Below, in pieces: positions 9,862 through 19,778 of a stretch of DNA of 64,000 nucleotides. The notes below the pieces were generated by a model, which saw nothing but the letters and a program-made list of their open reading frames with translations, ran no database searches and was not told where the DNA came from. How positions within the stretch are numbered: the stretch's first letter is position 1; every line of letters starts with the position of its first letter. Both the position numbers and the translations under genes were made by a program. The DNA comes from Bacteroidales bacterium (lineage in GTDB: Bacteria > Bacteroidota > Bacteroidia > Bacteroidales > VadinHA17), in assembly GCA_049792755.1 (NCBI GenBank), contig JBARBF010000079.1, positions 5,218 to 69,217 of the forward strand, written 5' to 3'.

Positions 9862-12234
9862 ATGAAGAAACGCATTATCCAAATAGCGTTACGCAATATC
9901 CAGCGCCACAGGCTGATCTCTTCTATCACAATATTCGGACTGGCTATCGGACTGGCCGGAAGTATGTTCATCTTTTTGTGGGTATCCGATGAACTTAACT
10001 ACGATCATTTCAATAAGCTTGGAGATCGTTTATTCAGGGTTGAAGAGGATCAGCCATACTCAAAAGGAGTTTATCATGTTAATGTGACGCCATGGCCATC
10101 GGGACCAGTGTGGAAAGAGAGCATTCCGGAAATTGAGAACAGCTGCAGAATGACCAGCACCGGAAGTCTTCTTTTCCGAAGAAATGATAAGATTTTTTAT
10201 GAAGATAAAGTTGTTGCAGCTGATTCATCTTTCTTCAGAATGTTCACCTTCCCCCTTCTGGAAGGAGATGTCCGATCTGTTCTCAGAGATCCGCAGTCGA
10301 TTGTGATTAGCGATGAAATGGCCAGAAAGTATTTTGGAAATGAAGACGCCCTGGGGAAGAGTATCGAAATTAATAATTCTGAAGTATTTCAGGTATCAGG
10401 AATTATGAAGAAAATCCCAACCAATAGTTCAATAGATGCTGACTTCCTCATTCCTTTCAGTTATATGAAGAAATCAAGCTGGTATTCCGATAACTGGTCG
10501 AATAACTCGATAGCCACGTATATTTTGAGTGGTAAAGGAACTGATCCGGAAGTGATAAGGACTAAGATTAACAAGGTGGTTAAAGATCATGTTACTCAAG
10601 GAAACACAAAGTTTTTGCTCTTTCCTTTCCTTAAGATCCATCTTCATGAATACTGGGGTTTCGGACATCCTCCCGGGGCTATTGTTAATATATGGATCTT
10701 TTCATCGATAGCAATTCTTGTGCTGATCATTGCCTGTATTAATTTCATGAATCTCAGCACGGCACGATCTGCTTCAAGGGCAAAGGAGACAGGTTTGCGG
10801 AAACTAAACGGTGCCTTCAGGAGAGATCTGGTTTTTCAGTTTCTGGGTGAAAGTTCGCTTCATGCTTTTACCGGGATGATACTGGCAATTGCGCTTGTCG
10901 CTGCACTTCTGGGACCTTTCGATATTCTTACAGGGAAAACATTCAGGGTAAATGACCTGATCGCACCTGTATTCATTATGAGTGCTATGATTATAACAAT
11001 TATTACTTCTCTGATTGCAGGCAGCTATCCTGCATTCATCCTCTCTTCCTTTATGCCGATAAATGTTCTGAAATCGGGCATGACAGGTGGAACAGCCAGA
11101 GTCTACTTCCGGAAGATAACAGTGGTTGTACAGTTCATTATCAGTATTGTTCTTATTCTTTTTACTCTGGTTACATATAGCCAGCTGAAATATATGCAGG
11201 GCAAATCATTGGGGTATGAAAAAGAGAACCTAATATACCTGCAGATGAAAGGAAATATGATAGATAATTATTCTGTCATTAAGCAGGAGTTCTTAAAAAA
11301 TCCCTCTGTTATAACACTTTCAGCGTGTACAAATCCCCCGCAAAATATCGGCAGCAATGCTGATAACATATCATGGGAAGGAAAATCGCCTGATGAGCAT
11401 TCTTTGGTAAGTATGGCCGGGGTGGATTTTGATTATTCTGAGACCATGGGTTTAAAGCTCAAGGTGGGCAGAACTTTTTCAAAGGCTTATTCAATAGATA
11501 TTCCGCACGATTCGTCGGGTACATTCATGATAAATGAGCAACTTGAAAAATTAATGGGAACTGATAACGCAGTGGGAAAACAACTTAAATTCGGAACTAC
11601 CCGGGGTCAGATTGTAGGAGTAATGAAGGATTTCAGTTATCAGTCTCTGCGATCTAAAATAGACCCGCTTGCAGTGTGGATATGGCCTTCCAAATACCTT
11701 AATTTCATCTATTTCAGGGTTAAGCCGGGTAATATGCACGAAACAATAGCCAGTCTTGAGAAAACATGGCAAAAGGTTATGCCTCTTTACCCCTTCGATT
11801 ACAAGTTCCTCGATCAGGAAATTGATAAAATGTACAGGGTTGAAGAACGTACAGGCACTCTTCTGAAGTACTTTTCAGTCCTTGCTATTTTGATTGCATG
11901 CATAGGGCTTTTTGGGCTGGCTACCTTTACTGTTGAGCAGCGAAAACGGGAATTAGGCTTGAGAAAGGTTCTTGGTGCATCAGATAGATCAATATTCAGA
12001 CTTATTTCGAGTGAGTTTGTTCAACTTTTGCTTATTGCCTCTTTCATTTCGGTTCCCGTATCAACATTCCTGCTGCAAAAATACCTGTCTGATTTTGCGT
12101 TCCATATTCAGCTCTCAGCAGGAATATTTGTTCTGGCGCTTTTTCTGACAATAATTGTGACGGGAATTGCAATCAGCTCTCAACTTGTTACTGCAATAAG
12201 GACAAACCCTGCTAAAAGTCTTAAATACGAATAA
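9862..12234 (+). CDS. ABC transporter permease, FtsX/MacB family with two FtsX domains
   Basis: 790 aa with the typical N-terminus IALRNIQRHRLISSITIFGLAIGLA. Two 4-TM blocks are separated by large periplasmic domains. No adjacent ATPase gene. Confidence 0.8.
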   Translation: MKKRIIQIALRNIQRHRLISSITIFGLAIGLAGSMFIFLWVSDELNYDHFNKLGDRLFRVEEDQPYSKGVYHVNVTPWPSGPVWKESIPEIENSCRMTSTGSLLFRRNDKIFYEDKVVAADSSFFRMFTFPLLEGDVRSVLRDPQSIVISDEMARKYFGNEDALGKSIEINNSEVFQVSGIMKKIPTNSSIDADFLIPFSYMKKSSWYSDNWSNNSIATYILSGKGTDPEVIRTKINKVVKDHVTQGNTKFLLFPFLKIHLHEYWGFGHPPGAIVNIWIFSSIAILVLIIACINFMNLSTARSASRAKETGLRKLNGAFRRDLVFQFLGESSLHAFTGMILAIALVAALLGPFDILTGKTFRVNDLIAPVFIMSAMIITIITSLIAGSYPAFILSSFMPINVLKSGMTGGTARVYFRKITVVVQFIISIVLILFTLVTYSQLKYMQGKSLGYEKENLIYLQMKGNMIDNYSVIKQEFLKNPSVITLSACTNPPQNIGSNADNISWEGKSPDEHSLVSMAGVDFDYSETMGLKLKVGRTFSKAYSIDIPHDSSGTFMINEQLEKLMGTDNAVGKQLKFGTTRGQIVGVMKDFSYQSLRSKIDPLAVWIWPSKYLNFIYFRVKPGNMHETIASLEKTWQKVMPLYPFDYKFLDQEIDKMYRVEERTGTLLKYFSVLAILIACIGLFGLATFTVEQRKRELGLRKVLGASDRSIFRLISSEFVQLLLIASFISVPVSTFLLQKYLSDFAFHIQLSAGIFVLALFLTIIVTGIAISSQLVTAIRTNPAKSLKYE

Positions 12235-12268
12235 GGTATGAGGCATCAGGTATCAGGTATCAGGTACA
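12235..12268. repeat. tandem heptamers (GGTATGA GGCATCA GGTATCA GGTATCA GGTACA)
   Basis: Read directly from the sequence. The array starts immediately after the stop codon at 12232-12234. Confidence 0.8.
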
Positions 12269-12431
12269 CATATACTATATATTTCTAACCATCAAATTGT
12301 CTCCAGGTAAAGCATCAGTTCATATTTTTTGAAGTCTTTATAAAGTATTTTGTAACTCCTCCATTAGTTTAGCGTTATCAGACTTGTGACTAGTTAACCC
12401 ATTTGAATTACTCTCTGACATATTTAACCTT

Positions 12432-15080
12432 ATGAATTACAACTTTTTTAAAAAAATAGCTCTCAGCCAGATATTTCTTCTGCAGTTTGTTTGTAGTTAC
12501 GCACATTCAACTGATTCCACAATCGTCAGGAGGACATATCAAACAGCATTTACGAAAACCGTCCCTGTAATTGATGGTATTATGAATGACGATTGCTGGA
12601 ACCTTGTTGAATGGACCTCAGATTTTATTCAGTCTCAACCTGTGGAAAACAAACCTCCGACGCAACAGACGGCCTTTAAAATACTCTACGATAATGATAA
12701 CCTGTATATGCTTGTTCGCTGTTATGATACTGAGCCTGATAAGATTAGCAAGATTATGTCAAGGAGGGATAATTTCAGCGGTGATATGATATTTGTGGAA
12801 TTTGACAGCCACTTAGATAAACAGACAGATTATCTGTTCTCTGCATCAGCATCAGGTGCAAAGAGTGATGCTGCTATATCAGATGACGGCAATAACGAGG
12901 ATGACAACTGGAACCCTATCTGGTATATGAAAACATCTGTTGACGATAAAGGTTGGTGTGCCGAAATGAAAATTCCTTTAAGTCAGCTTCGTTTTGATAA
13001 AAACAGTGAACAGATCTGGGGGCTGCAGGTTACACGTGTCATTTACCGTTTGCAGGAACGTTCTCAATGGCAATATATTCCAAAGGGATCCCCTGGTGTA
13101 ATTCATTTATTTGGTGAACTTCACGGAATAAATAACGTAAGTACAAAACACCAGATCGAATTAATGCCTTACACTGTCGCACGTACCGAAAGATTTCAAA
13201 AAGTCAATGGAGATCCTTTTAATACAGGAAAATTATCAAAAATTTCAGCCGGGCTGGACGGAAAGATTGGCCTCTCTAATAATTTTACACTTGATTTCAC
13301 AATAAATCCCGATTTTGGACAGGTTGAAGCTGACCCGTCCGAGGTAAACCTTACGGCTTTTGAATCATACTTTTCTGAAAAACGTCCTTTTTTTATTGAA
13401 GGTCAGAACATTTACCAGTTTATGCCCGATCAGACAATAGTAATTCATAATATGTATTCCGATAATCTGTTTTACTCCAGGAGAATAGGAAGATATCCTC
13501 AGTATTATCCTTCAGTCGGAGACAGCGTACATGTCAGAATGCCTGAATCAACTACAATTCTTGGTGCTATGAAATTATCAGGAAAAACAAAGAAAGGTCT
13601 TTCTGTAGGTATTCTCGAGAGTCTGACATCGAGGGAAGATGCATTAATAGACAGTGTTGGGACCAGACGAAAGGAGACTGTGGAACCTCTTACGAATTAT
13701 TTTGTTGCAAGAATTCAGCAGGATTTTAATAAAGGGCAAACCATTCTTGGTGCAATGTTTACATCGGTGAACAGAGACATAAAATCGACCAACCTTAATT
13801 TCCTTCATTCGGCAGCCTATACGACCGGATTAGACTTCCAGCATAACTGGAAAGACAGAACCTGGTATATAGCAGGAAATGCCGAATTCAGTAATGTCAG
13901 AGGCTCCACAACATCAATAACTCAAACACAAACATCATCTGCACGCTATTTTCAGAGACCAGATGCTAAATATCTTTCCGTTGATTCATCCCTCACTTCA
14001 CTCTCAGGCTACGGAGGGACAGTTAAATTCGGAAAAACCAGTAAAAAAAGATTGCAGTTCGAGACATGTGTAATTGTGCGGTCTCCAGGACTTGAATTCA
14101 ACGATATTGGCTATATGAGATATTCAGATGTCATTTATCAGGGCAACTGGATGGGTTATTATTTGAGAAATCCATTCTGGATATTTAACAACTTATATCT
14201 TAATACAAATTACTGGATGTACTTTGACTTTGGTGGTCAGCTTTTGTCAAGAAACTATAATACAAATTTTAATTCCCAGTTTAAAAATAAATGGAGGCTC
14301 AACGGGCAATTTAACAGAGAAAGTCAGAATATTTCCACAACTTTGTTACGTGGTGGTCCGTCATTTATTGTTCCCGGGAATCAGAGTTTTAATCTGAACC
14401 TTAGTACAGATCAATCTAAAAAACTCTCATTTTTCATTGGAAATTATCACGGATCAGGTGATGTCAAAAGCATGAGAGGTCATGAATATTATGGCGAAAT
14501 AAATTACAGACCATCAAATTCTATATCTATTTCGGTTGATCCGGATTGGGGTATCCAGAGCTCTGAACTTCAATATGTCAGCACTGCAACAAGTAATGGA
14601 AATCCTCAATATATTTTTGGCAAATTAAATCAAACGACTTTAAGTTTTACATTCCGAGTTAATTATACTATTAATCCTGAATTAAGTATAGAATACTACG
14701 GTCAACCTTTCGTTTCAGCAGGAAAATACTCTGCGTTCAAAAGAATCACCCAGCCGGATGCAGGTACTTTCAAACAAAGATTTTATGAATATTCTCCTGC
14801 GGAATTAACCTTCGATCCTTCAATCAATACCTACAATGTAAATGACGGGGGAACTTATTCCTTTGGAAATCCTGATTTCAATTTCAGACAGTTCCGTTCA
14901 AATCTTGTAGTGCGATGGGAATATTTGCCAGGGTCGACTTTATACCTTGTCTGGTCACAAGGGATAACCAGTACCGATACGAATGGTTTGTTTTCATATG
15001 GGAATGACATCAAGAATCTGTTCAATATGACACCTCATAATATTTTTCTGGTGAAGTTCTCATATTGGTTTGCTCTATAA
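12432..15080 (+). CDS. large secreted/outer-membrane protein, CBM9-like N-terminus plus DUF5916-like beta-rich body
   Basis: 882 aa with a signal peptide. The IDGIMNDDCWNLVEW motif is typical of CBM9-like domains. The remainder is aromatic-rich and beta-strand-rich and ends in ...FSYWFAL. The family assignment is from memory only. Confidence 0.6.
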   Translation: MNYNFFKKIALSQIFLLQFVCSYAHSTDSTIVRRTYQTAFTKTVPVIDGIMNDDCWNLVEWTSDFIQSQPVENKPPTQQTAFKILYDNDNLYMLVRCYDTEPDKISKIMSRRDNFSGDMIFVEFDSHLDKQTDYLFSASASGAKSDAAISDDGNNEDDNWNPIWYMKTSVDDKGWCAEMKIPLSQLRFDKNSEQIWGLQVTRVIYRLQERSQWQYIPKGSPGVIHLFGELHGINNVSTKHQIELMPYTVARTERFQKVNGDPFNTGKLSKISAGLDGKIGLSNNFTLDFTINPDFGQVEADPSEVNLTAFESYFSEKRPFFIEGQNIYQFMPDQTIVIHNMYSDNLFYSRRIGRYPQYYPSVGDSVHVRMPESTTILGAMKLSGKTKKGLSVGILESLTSREDALIDSVGTRRKETVEPLTNYFVARIQQDFNKGQTILGAMFTSVNRDIKSTNLNFLHSAAYTTGLDFQHNWKDRTWYIAGNAEFSNVRGSTTSITQTQTSSARYFQRPDAKYLSVDSSLTSLSGYGGTVKFGKTSKKRLQFETCVIVRSPGLEFNDIGYMRYSDVIYQGNWMGYYLRNPFWIFNNLYLNTNYWMYFDFGGQLLSRNYNTNFNSQFKNKWRLNGQFNRESQNISTTLLRGGPSFIVPGNQSFNLNLSTDQSKKLSFFIGNYHGSGDVKSMRGHEYYGEINYRPSNSISISVDPDWGIQSSELQYVSTATSNGNPQYIFGKLNQTTLSFTFRVNYTINPELSIEYYGQPFVSAGKYSAFKRITQPDAGTFKQRFYEYSPAELTFDPSINTYNVNDGGTYSFGNPDFNFRQFRSNLVVRWEYLPGSTLYLVWSQGITSTDTNGLFSYGNDIKNLFNMTPHNIFLVKFSYWFAL

Positions 15081-15090
15081 TAATCCATGT

Positions 15091-15129
15091 ATGCCTTTGT
15101 TTTACCCAACCAACAAAGGCATAATTTTG
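15091..15129 (+). terminator. rho-independent terminator
   Basis: 11-bp stem ATGCCTTTGTT / AACAAAGGCAT with a 10-nt loop, followed by AATTTTGG. Confidence 0.7.
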
Positions 15130-15143
15130 GATATTGATGAAAG

Positions 15144-15395
15144 CTAAAAGTCCCCCTTGGGGGATTTAGGAGTGAAACGCCGGGTCGTCAGAAAAGCAAT
15201 CAGAGAATAGACCGCTCCGATGATCAGAAGCATGAAAACAAAATTTATCATTGTGTCGCTTACTGAATGTGATCTGCCGTCAATATCCATAAAACTGATA
15301 ACAGCAAACACAACTCCAGCCAAAAATATTATCCAGCCGGCTATGGTGGCCGGTACAAAGAATATTCCAACTCTTTTAAACCAGGGAAACTTCAT
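15144..15395 (-). CDS. small 2-TM membrane protein
   Basis: 83 aa with two hydrophobic helices. The last 8 codons (PKSPKGDF*) are supplied by a copy of the GC-rich repeat at 15147-15172. Confidence 0.5.
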   Translation of the reverse strand: MKFPWFKRVGIFFVPATIAGWIIFLAGVVFAVISFMDIDGRSHSVSDTMINFVFMLLIIGAVYSLIAFLTTRRFTPKSPKGDF

Positions 15396-15406
15396 ATTGA
15401 TGAGTT

Positions 15407-15832
15407 TTAAAGTAGATAGATTAATAATATAAGAGCAGATAAAGCGATTATTGCGACGTTGAACCAGACTATTTCGAGGAAGTTAAATGATTTTGGGCTG
15501 CCGGAAAGAAAATAAATTTTCCTGATGCTGAGCAAATTTACGATTATCAATATGACCGGCGATACAAGAAAAAATATCAGAGATATATATTTTTCACGGC
15601 CTGCCAGCTCATGAATACCGGTCACAAGCGATGTGCCGGGCATATAAACACTCTTCATCAACAGCATCAAAATAATAAATACAGGGACACTTAACCACCA
15701 CCAGCTGACGACAGACTGGTCTTTTGCATTGATGATGGCATCGGCCAGCATTGCTTCGTGTTTTAAATGCGTCAATTCAGGTTTTGTCATTTTTTCAAGT
15801 TTCTTTTCAAAATTTTCCTTTTCCATGACCAA
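15407..15832 (-). CDS. multi-TM membrane protein downstream of an ECF sigma (possible anti-sigma)
   Basis: 141 aa. It starts 12 nt after the sigma gene stop and has 3-4 hydrophobic helices. No recognisable motif. Confidence 0.55.
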   Translation of the reverse strand: MVMEKENFEKKLEKMTKPELTHLKHEAMLADAIINAKDQSVVSWWWLSVPVFIILMLLMKSVYMPGTSLVTGIHELAGREKYISLIFFLVSPVILIIVNLLSIRKIYFLSGSPKSFNFLEIVWFNVAIIALSALILLIYLL

Positions 15833-15844
15833 TAATGTTAAATG

Positions 15845-16405
15845 TTAAATTTGGTTGCACTTTTTCCGCAGTTTTTCAAGTCCTCTTGAGAGTAGAGATT
15901 TTAATGTTCCTTCATTTATATTCAGAATTTTGGTAATTTCTTTGTTAGTTTTTCCTTCGAAATATCTTAAAGCTATTACACCCTGATATTTGACCGGCAT
16001 TGTCTTTAATTCCTTAAGTACAGCAACAAACTGATTATGTTTTTGCAGCTCCGTTTCTATATCATTCCTATCCTCCTCAATGTAATTATTAAAGACATTC
16101 CTGTCTTCAATATTTAATGTATCAAATATTGAGTTATGCTTTTGTTTGTGTCTGAAATAGAGATTTACCTCATTTGTGGCAATGCGATACAACCATACTT
16201 TTACAGAAATACCTGTATATTTAAAGTTGTGAATATGCTGAAAAGCTTTAAGAAAAGTTTCAGCTGCAATATCGGCTGTATTGTCAAAATTGCCGGTCCT
16301 GCGAAGTATGTATCCAAAAATGGGCCGGTAATACAATTTGAAAAGTTCCGAAAATCTTTCAGGCTTGTTTCTAATACTTCTTAAAAGTTCAGCTTCGTTC
16401 AACAT
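15845..16405 (-). CDS. RNA polymerase ECF-type sigma-70 factor
   Basis: 186 aa. Region 2 (YYRPIFGYILRRTGNFDNTADIAAETFLKAF) and region 4 (ALRYFEGKTNKEITKILNINEGTLKSLLSRGLEKLRK) are recognisable. Confidence 0.85.
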   Translation of the reverse strand: MLNEAELLRSIRNKPERFSELFKLYYRPIFGYILRRTGNFDNTADIAAETFLKAFQHIHNFKYTGISVKVWLYRIATNEVNLYFRHKQKHNSIFDTLNIEDRNVFNNYIEEDRNDIETELQKHNQFVAVLKELKTMPVKYQGVIALRYFEGKTNKEITKILNINEGTLKSLLSRGLEKLRKKCNQI

Positions 16406-16505
16406 GAATAAAAATTTGCTAACATCAGGAATTCAAAAAGGTCAGATTGGTTGCATTATCTGAAGAAGTTCAGAAACACCTTAAGGAAAAAACGTATTAT
16501 CTCTT

Positions 16506-17372
16506 TCATTTAACCCTGTTTAGCAGAAAAGGTACATTTAATCTTTTATAATTATTCTCAGCCAGTGTATTATATGGAATATATTCTATAGGAATTCGTG
16601 AATCTGTTTTTTTTACAAATTCCTGAATTGCATTTTTATTTTCTTCACTGTCTGTAATTCCTTCTATCATTGGAATCCGCACTATAACCAGTTTCCCGGA
16701 TTTTGCGATATATCTGAAATTCTCCTTGATACTTTCGTTCGATTTTCCGGTGTACTGTATATGTTGTATCGGGTCTGAAATCTTCAAATCGATTATAAAC
16801 ATATCCACAAAGTCGGAAATACTTGAAAGTGTTTCCCTCTCGCAAAAGAGGGATGTTTCAATTGCCGTATGAATTTTTCTTTTCCTGCAGGCTCCCAGTA
16901 TCTCTGCGGAAAAATCCGGCTGGAAGAGTGGCTCTCCTCCGGTAAGTGTAACTCCGCCACCTGACATCCTGTAATACAAAAGGTCTTTAATTATTTCATC
17001 GATAACTGAAGAAACACTGGTTTTTGTTCCTGTAAATTGAATTGCCCCAGTAGGACAAACATTTACACAATCACCTGATAATGTGCATAATTTTCGGTTT
17101 ATATTTATAAGTGGTTGAGATTGAGATTCAGGTTCAGTAACAAAATTAAGAGCTTTTTCAGGACAGCTTTTAATACATTCACTACATGCTATGCACAGAC
17201 TCTGATCATGACATATTGTAATTTCAGGACTTATCCCTTCGGGACTATGACACCAGATGCAGTTTAGCGGACAGCCTTTAAGAAATACTGTGGTACGAAT
17301 CCCCGGACCATCATGGACCGAAAACCGTTTTATCTTGAAAATAGTTCCATTGGTTTCAGTCAGATTGTCCAT
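16506..17372 (-). CDS. glycyl-radical enzyme activating protein (radical SAM)
   Basis: 288 aa with the CPLNCIWCHSPE radical-SAM cluster motif. Two ferredoxin-like inserts are present (CIACSECIKSCP, CTLSGDCVNVCPTGA). It overlaps the upstream glycyl-radical enzyme (GRE) gene by 17 nt. Confidence 0.9.
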   Translation of the reverse strand: MDNLTETNGTIFKIKRFSVHDGPGIRTTVFLKGCPLNCIWCHSPEGISPEITICHDQSLCIACSECIKSCPEKALNFVTEPESQSQPLININRKLCTLSGDCVNVCPTGAIQFTGTKTSVSSVIDEIIKDLLYYRMSGGGVTLTGGEPLFQPDFSAEILGACRKRKIHTAIETSLFCERETLSSISDFVDMFIIDLKISDPIQHIQYTGKSNESIKENFRYIAKSGKLVIVRIPMIEGITDSEENKNAIQEFVKKTDSRIPIEYIPYNTLAENNYKRLNVPFLLNRVK

Positions 17373-19725
17373 GAGTCGTCCTTTTAATTATCTCATCCTG
17401 CAAATCTTCAGCAAGTTCTGTGAAATAAGCTGTATAACCAGCAACCCTGATTGTAAGACCCCTGTAAGATTCAGGGTCAGCTTTAGCATTGATTAATTCC
17501 TGCGCAGTCACTACATTGAACTGTACATGATGAATCGGAAGACATACAAAACTTTTAAGCAGTAAGCCAAATTTTTCTCTGTCAGAATCATTATTAAAAA
17601 ATGACGGTAGGAATTTCATATTCAGGAGTGTTCCATTAGATGCAAGATTTGACGGTATCCGACTGACAGAATTCAATACTGCAGTCGGACCCAGTTTATC
17701 GCGCCCGTACATAGGAGACATTCCCCCATCGGCCAGGGGCGTCTGTGCAAATCTGCCGTCGGGAGTAGCTGCAACATTTTGTCCCATTGGTACATGCGCC
17801 GAAACCGTATATAAACCCATATGATACCGACCACCTCTGAAATTTTTATACTGTCTGATATTATCTGCAAAATATGTCACCCATTTAGCCCCCAGATTAT
17901 CCACCCAGGCTACATCGTTACCGAATTTAGGAACATGATTTAGGCAAAGCTGTCTTAAAGATTCATCACCATCAAAGTTGTTTCTCAATGCTTTCAGCAT
18001 AGTTTCCTTTGAAACACTTTTATCCTCGAAAACCAGTTTTTTAAGCACTGCTAGACTATCGGCTATATTTGCTACCTGGATTGCCTGAATACCCGAAAAA
18101 TTATATTTTGATCCTCCTGCAGTTACGTCCGTGCCGTTGAAGATGCAGTCATCAACCACACTTGATAAAAAAGGAGATGGAAGATGCGACTGATGACATC
18201 TTTCGACCTGTTCACATGCAATCATCATCTTGTCAATAAAGAAATTGATTTGAGTCCTGAATGCGTTTTCCAAAGAATTATAATCGGGATAATTCTCAAG
18301 ATTTCCAGTGTCTGGTCCGATCTGTTTTCCAGAAATCATACACTTTCCGTTATTCAGTGTTAACTCCAGAACTTTCACAAGGTTGAACATTGCAGCGTCG
18401 CTCCAGCCCAGATAATTTCCCTGGGTGCTTAACTCAACACAGCCAACAAGTGAATAATCAACACAATCTTCAGGAGCAATTCCGATATTCTCCAGAGCCG
18501 GGATTATACTCTCGTCATTGACTATCTGGGGCATCCCGTTGCCCAGACCGATCACCCTGCTGCATTCGGCTATAAACTCATAAGGAGAACCTTTATGAAG
18601 CCGTGCTGTAAGATTAGGCTGGGGCAACCTGTTATGATCCTGAGCTTTAAGTATCAGATATGAAAGTTCATTTGTTGCATCCTGACCGTTTTTTGTTTGT
18701 CCTCCTATAGTTACGTTGAATCCGATAGGAAAACCCGCAAAATACTTTGCGCTGTTCGCATTGCGCATGTATATTATTTGGTTGAACTTAATAAACAGAG
18801 CATCGAGAAGCTCAATAGCAGTCTCTGGTTTGATTCTGCCAGATTCAATATCTCTTTTGAAAAATGGGTATAAATATTGATCCATCCGTCCCGGTGAGAA
18901 GGAAGAGGCATTCGATTCCATTTGAAGAATGACGAACAGAAACCACACTGATTGCAGAGTTTCCCGGAATGTTTCGGGAGGATTTCCTGAAAGCTTTTTA
19001 CAAACAGCTGCAATTTCATTAAGATTTATTTTCAGTAATTGCTGAGGTTGATTTTCAGCCATTCTGGAAGCCAGTTGCCCATATCGGGCGATAAATTTAC
19101 ATGCTGCATCGAGAACTATGCTTAAGCTCCTGTAAAAAACTTTACGATCATCTCCTGCTGTTTCAAGTTTTTCCTTTGCAGTTCTCAGAAGACCGGTCGG
19201 ACCTAGTTTAAGCCAGTCTTCGACCTTAGGACATATATGGCCCTGTGCATGATCTTTCTGATTAATTTTTACCACTTTTTCAATTGCCGAAATCTCATTT
19301 CCATAAGAACTGCGGATCTCGTCTTCAAGTGTTTTTCCAAACCAGTAAGGTTCAATCTTTGTTTTAAAATAGAAGGCGTCTTCTTTTCTTACAAGAAATG
19401 GATCCTGAGGTCTTTCAGGCAGAATATCAATTTCCTTTATCAGCCATTTAATTCCTGCTTCAGGGAACACCACTCCTGCCCTGCTGTCAGAAGTCCGGTT
19501 ACCAACAATAAGCTCTTCAGAATCAATTGCTATTGGCATTTCTGATAATGATGCCGCTAATGCTTTTGCTCTTTTTATGTTTACAGGAAGATTCTCATTC
19601 TCCTGGTATATACGGGTGATTATTTTTGCCTGATCAATTGAGAGATACCTGTCCGCGGTCAGAGTTTTATTCTTTAAAGAAAGAATTCTGGATGTGGGTT
19701 TTAGATATTGGATATTTGAAATCAT
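17356..19725 (-). CDS. glycyl radical enzyme (GRE), PFL2/glycerol-dehydratase-type (eliminase class), substrate unknown
   Basis: 789 aa. The glycyl-radical motif TIRVAGYTAYF lies near the C-terminus. The Cys loop is LVGCVELS (single Cys with Glu at +2, not the CC of pyruvate formate-lyase). Confidence 0.9.
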   Translation of the reverse strand: MISNIQYLKPTSRILSLKNKTLTADRYLSIDQAKIITRIYQENENLPVNIKRAKALAASLSEMPIAIDSEELIVGNRTSDSRAGVVFPEAGIKWLIKEIDILPERPQDPFLVRKEDAFYFKTKIEPYWFGKTLEDEIRSSYGNEISAIEKVVKINQKDHAQGHICPKVEDWLKLGPTGLLRTAKEKLETAGDDRKVFYRSLSIVLDAACKFIARYGQLASRMAENQPQQLLKINLNEIAAVCKKLSGNPPETFRETLQSVWFLFVILQMESNASSFSPGRMDQYLYPFFKRDIESGRIKPETAIELLDALFIKFNQIIYMRNANSAKYFAGFPIGFNVTIGGQTKNGQDATNELSYLILKAQDHNRLPQPNLTARLHKGSPYEFIAECSRVIGLGNGMPQIVNDESIIPALENIGIAPEDCVDYSLVGCVELSTQGNYLGWSDAAMFNLVKVLELTLNNGKCMISGKQIGPDTGNLENYPDYNSLENAFRTQINFFIDKMMIACEQVERCHQSHLPSPFLSSVVDDCIFNGTDVTAGGSKYNFSGIQAIQVANIADSLAVLKKLVFEDKSVSKETMLKALRNNFDGDESLRQLCLNHVPKFGNDVAWVDNLGAKWVTYFADNIRQYKNFRGGRYHMGLYTVSAHVPMGQNVAATPDGRFAQTPLADGGMSPMYGRDKLGPTAVLNSVSRIPSNLASNGTLLNMKFLPSFFNNDSDREKFGLLLKSFVCLPIHHVQFNVVTAQELINAKADPESYRGLTIRVAGYTAYFTELAEDLQDEIIKRTTHGQSD

Positions 19726-19778
19726 TAAGTTTCAATTCTTGCCCAAATTAAGAAAGAAATCCCTTAACCACAATAATC

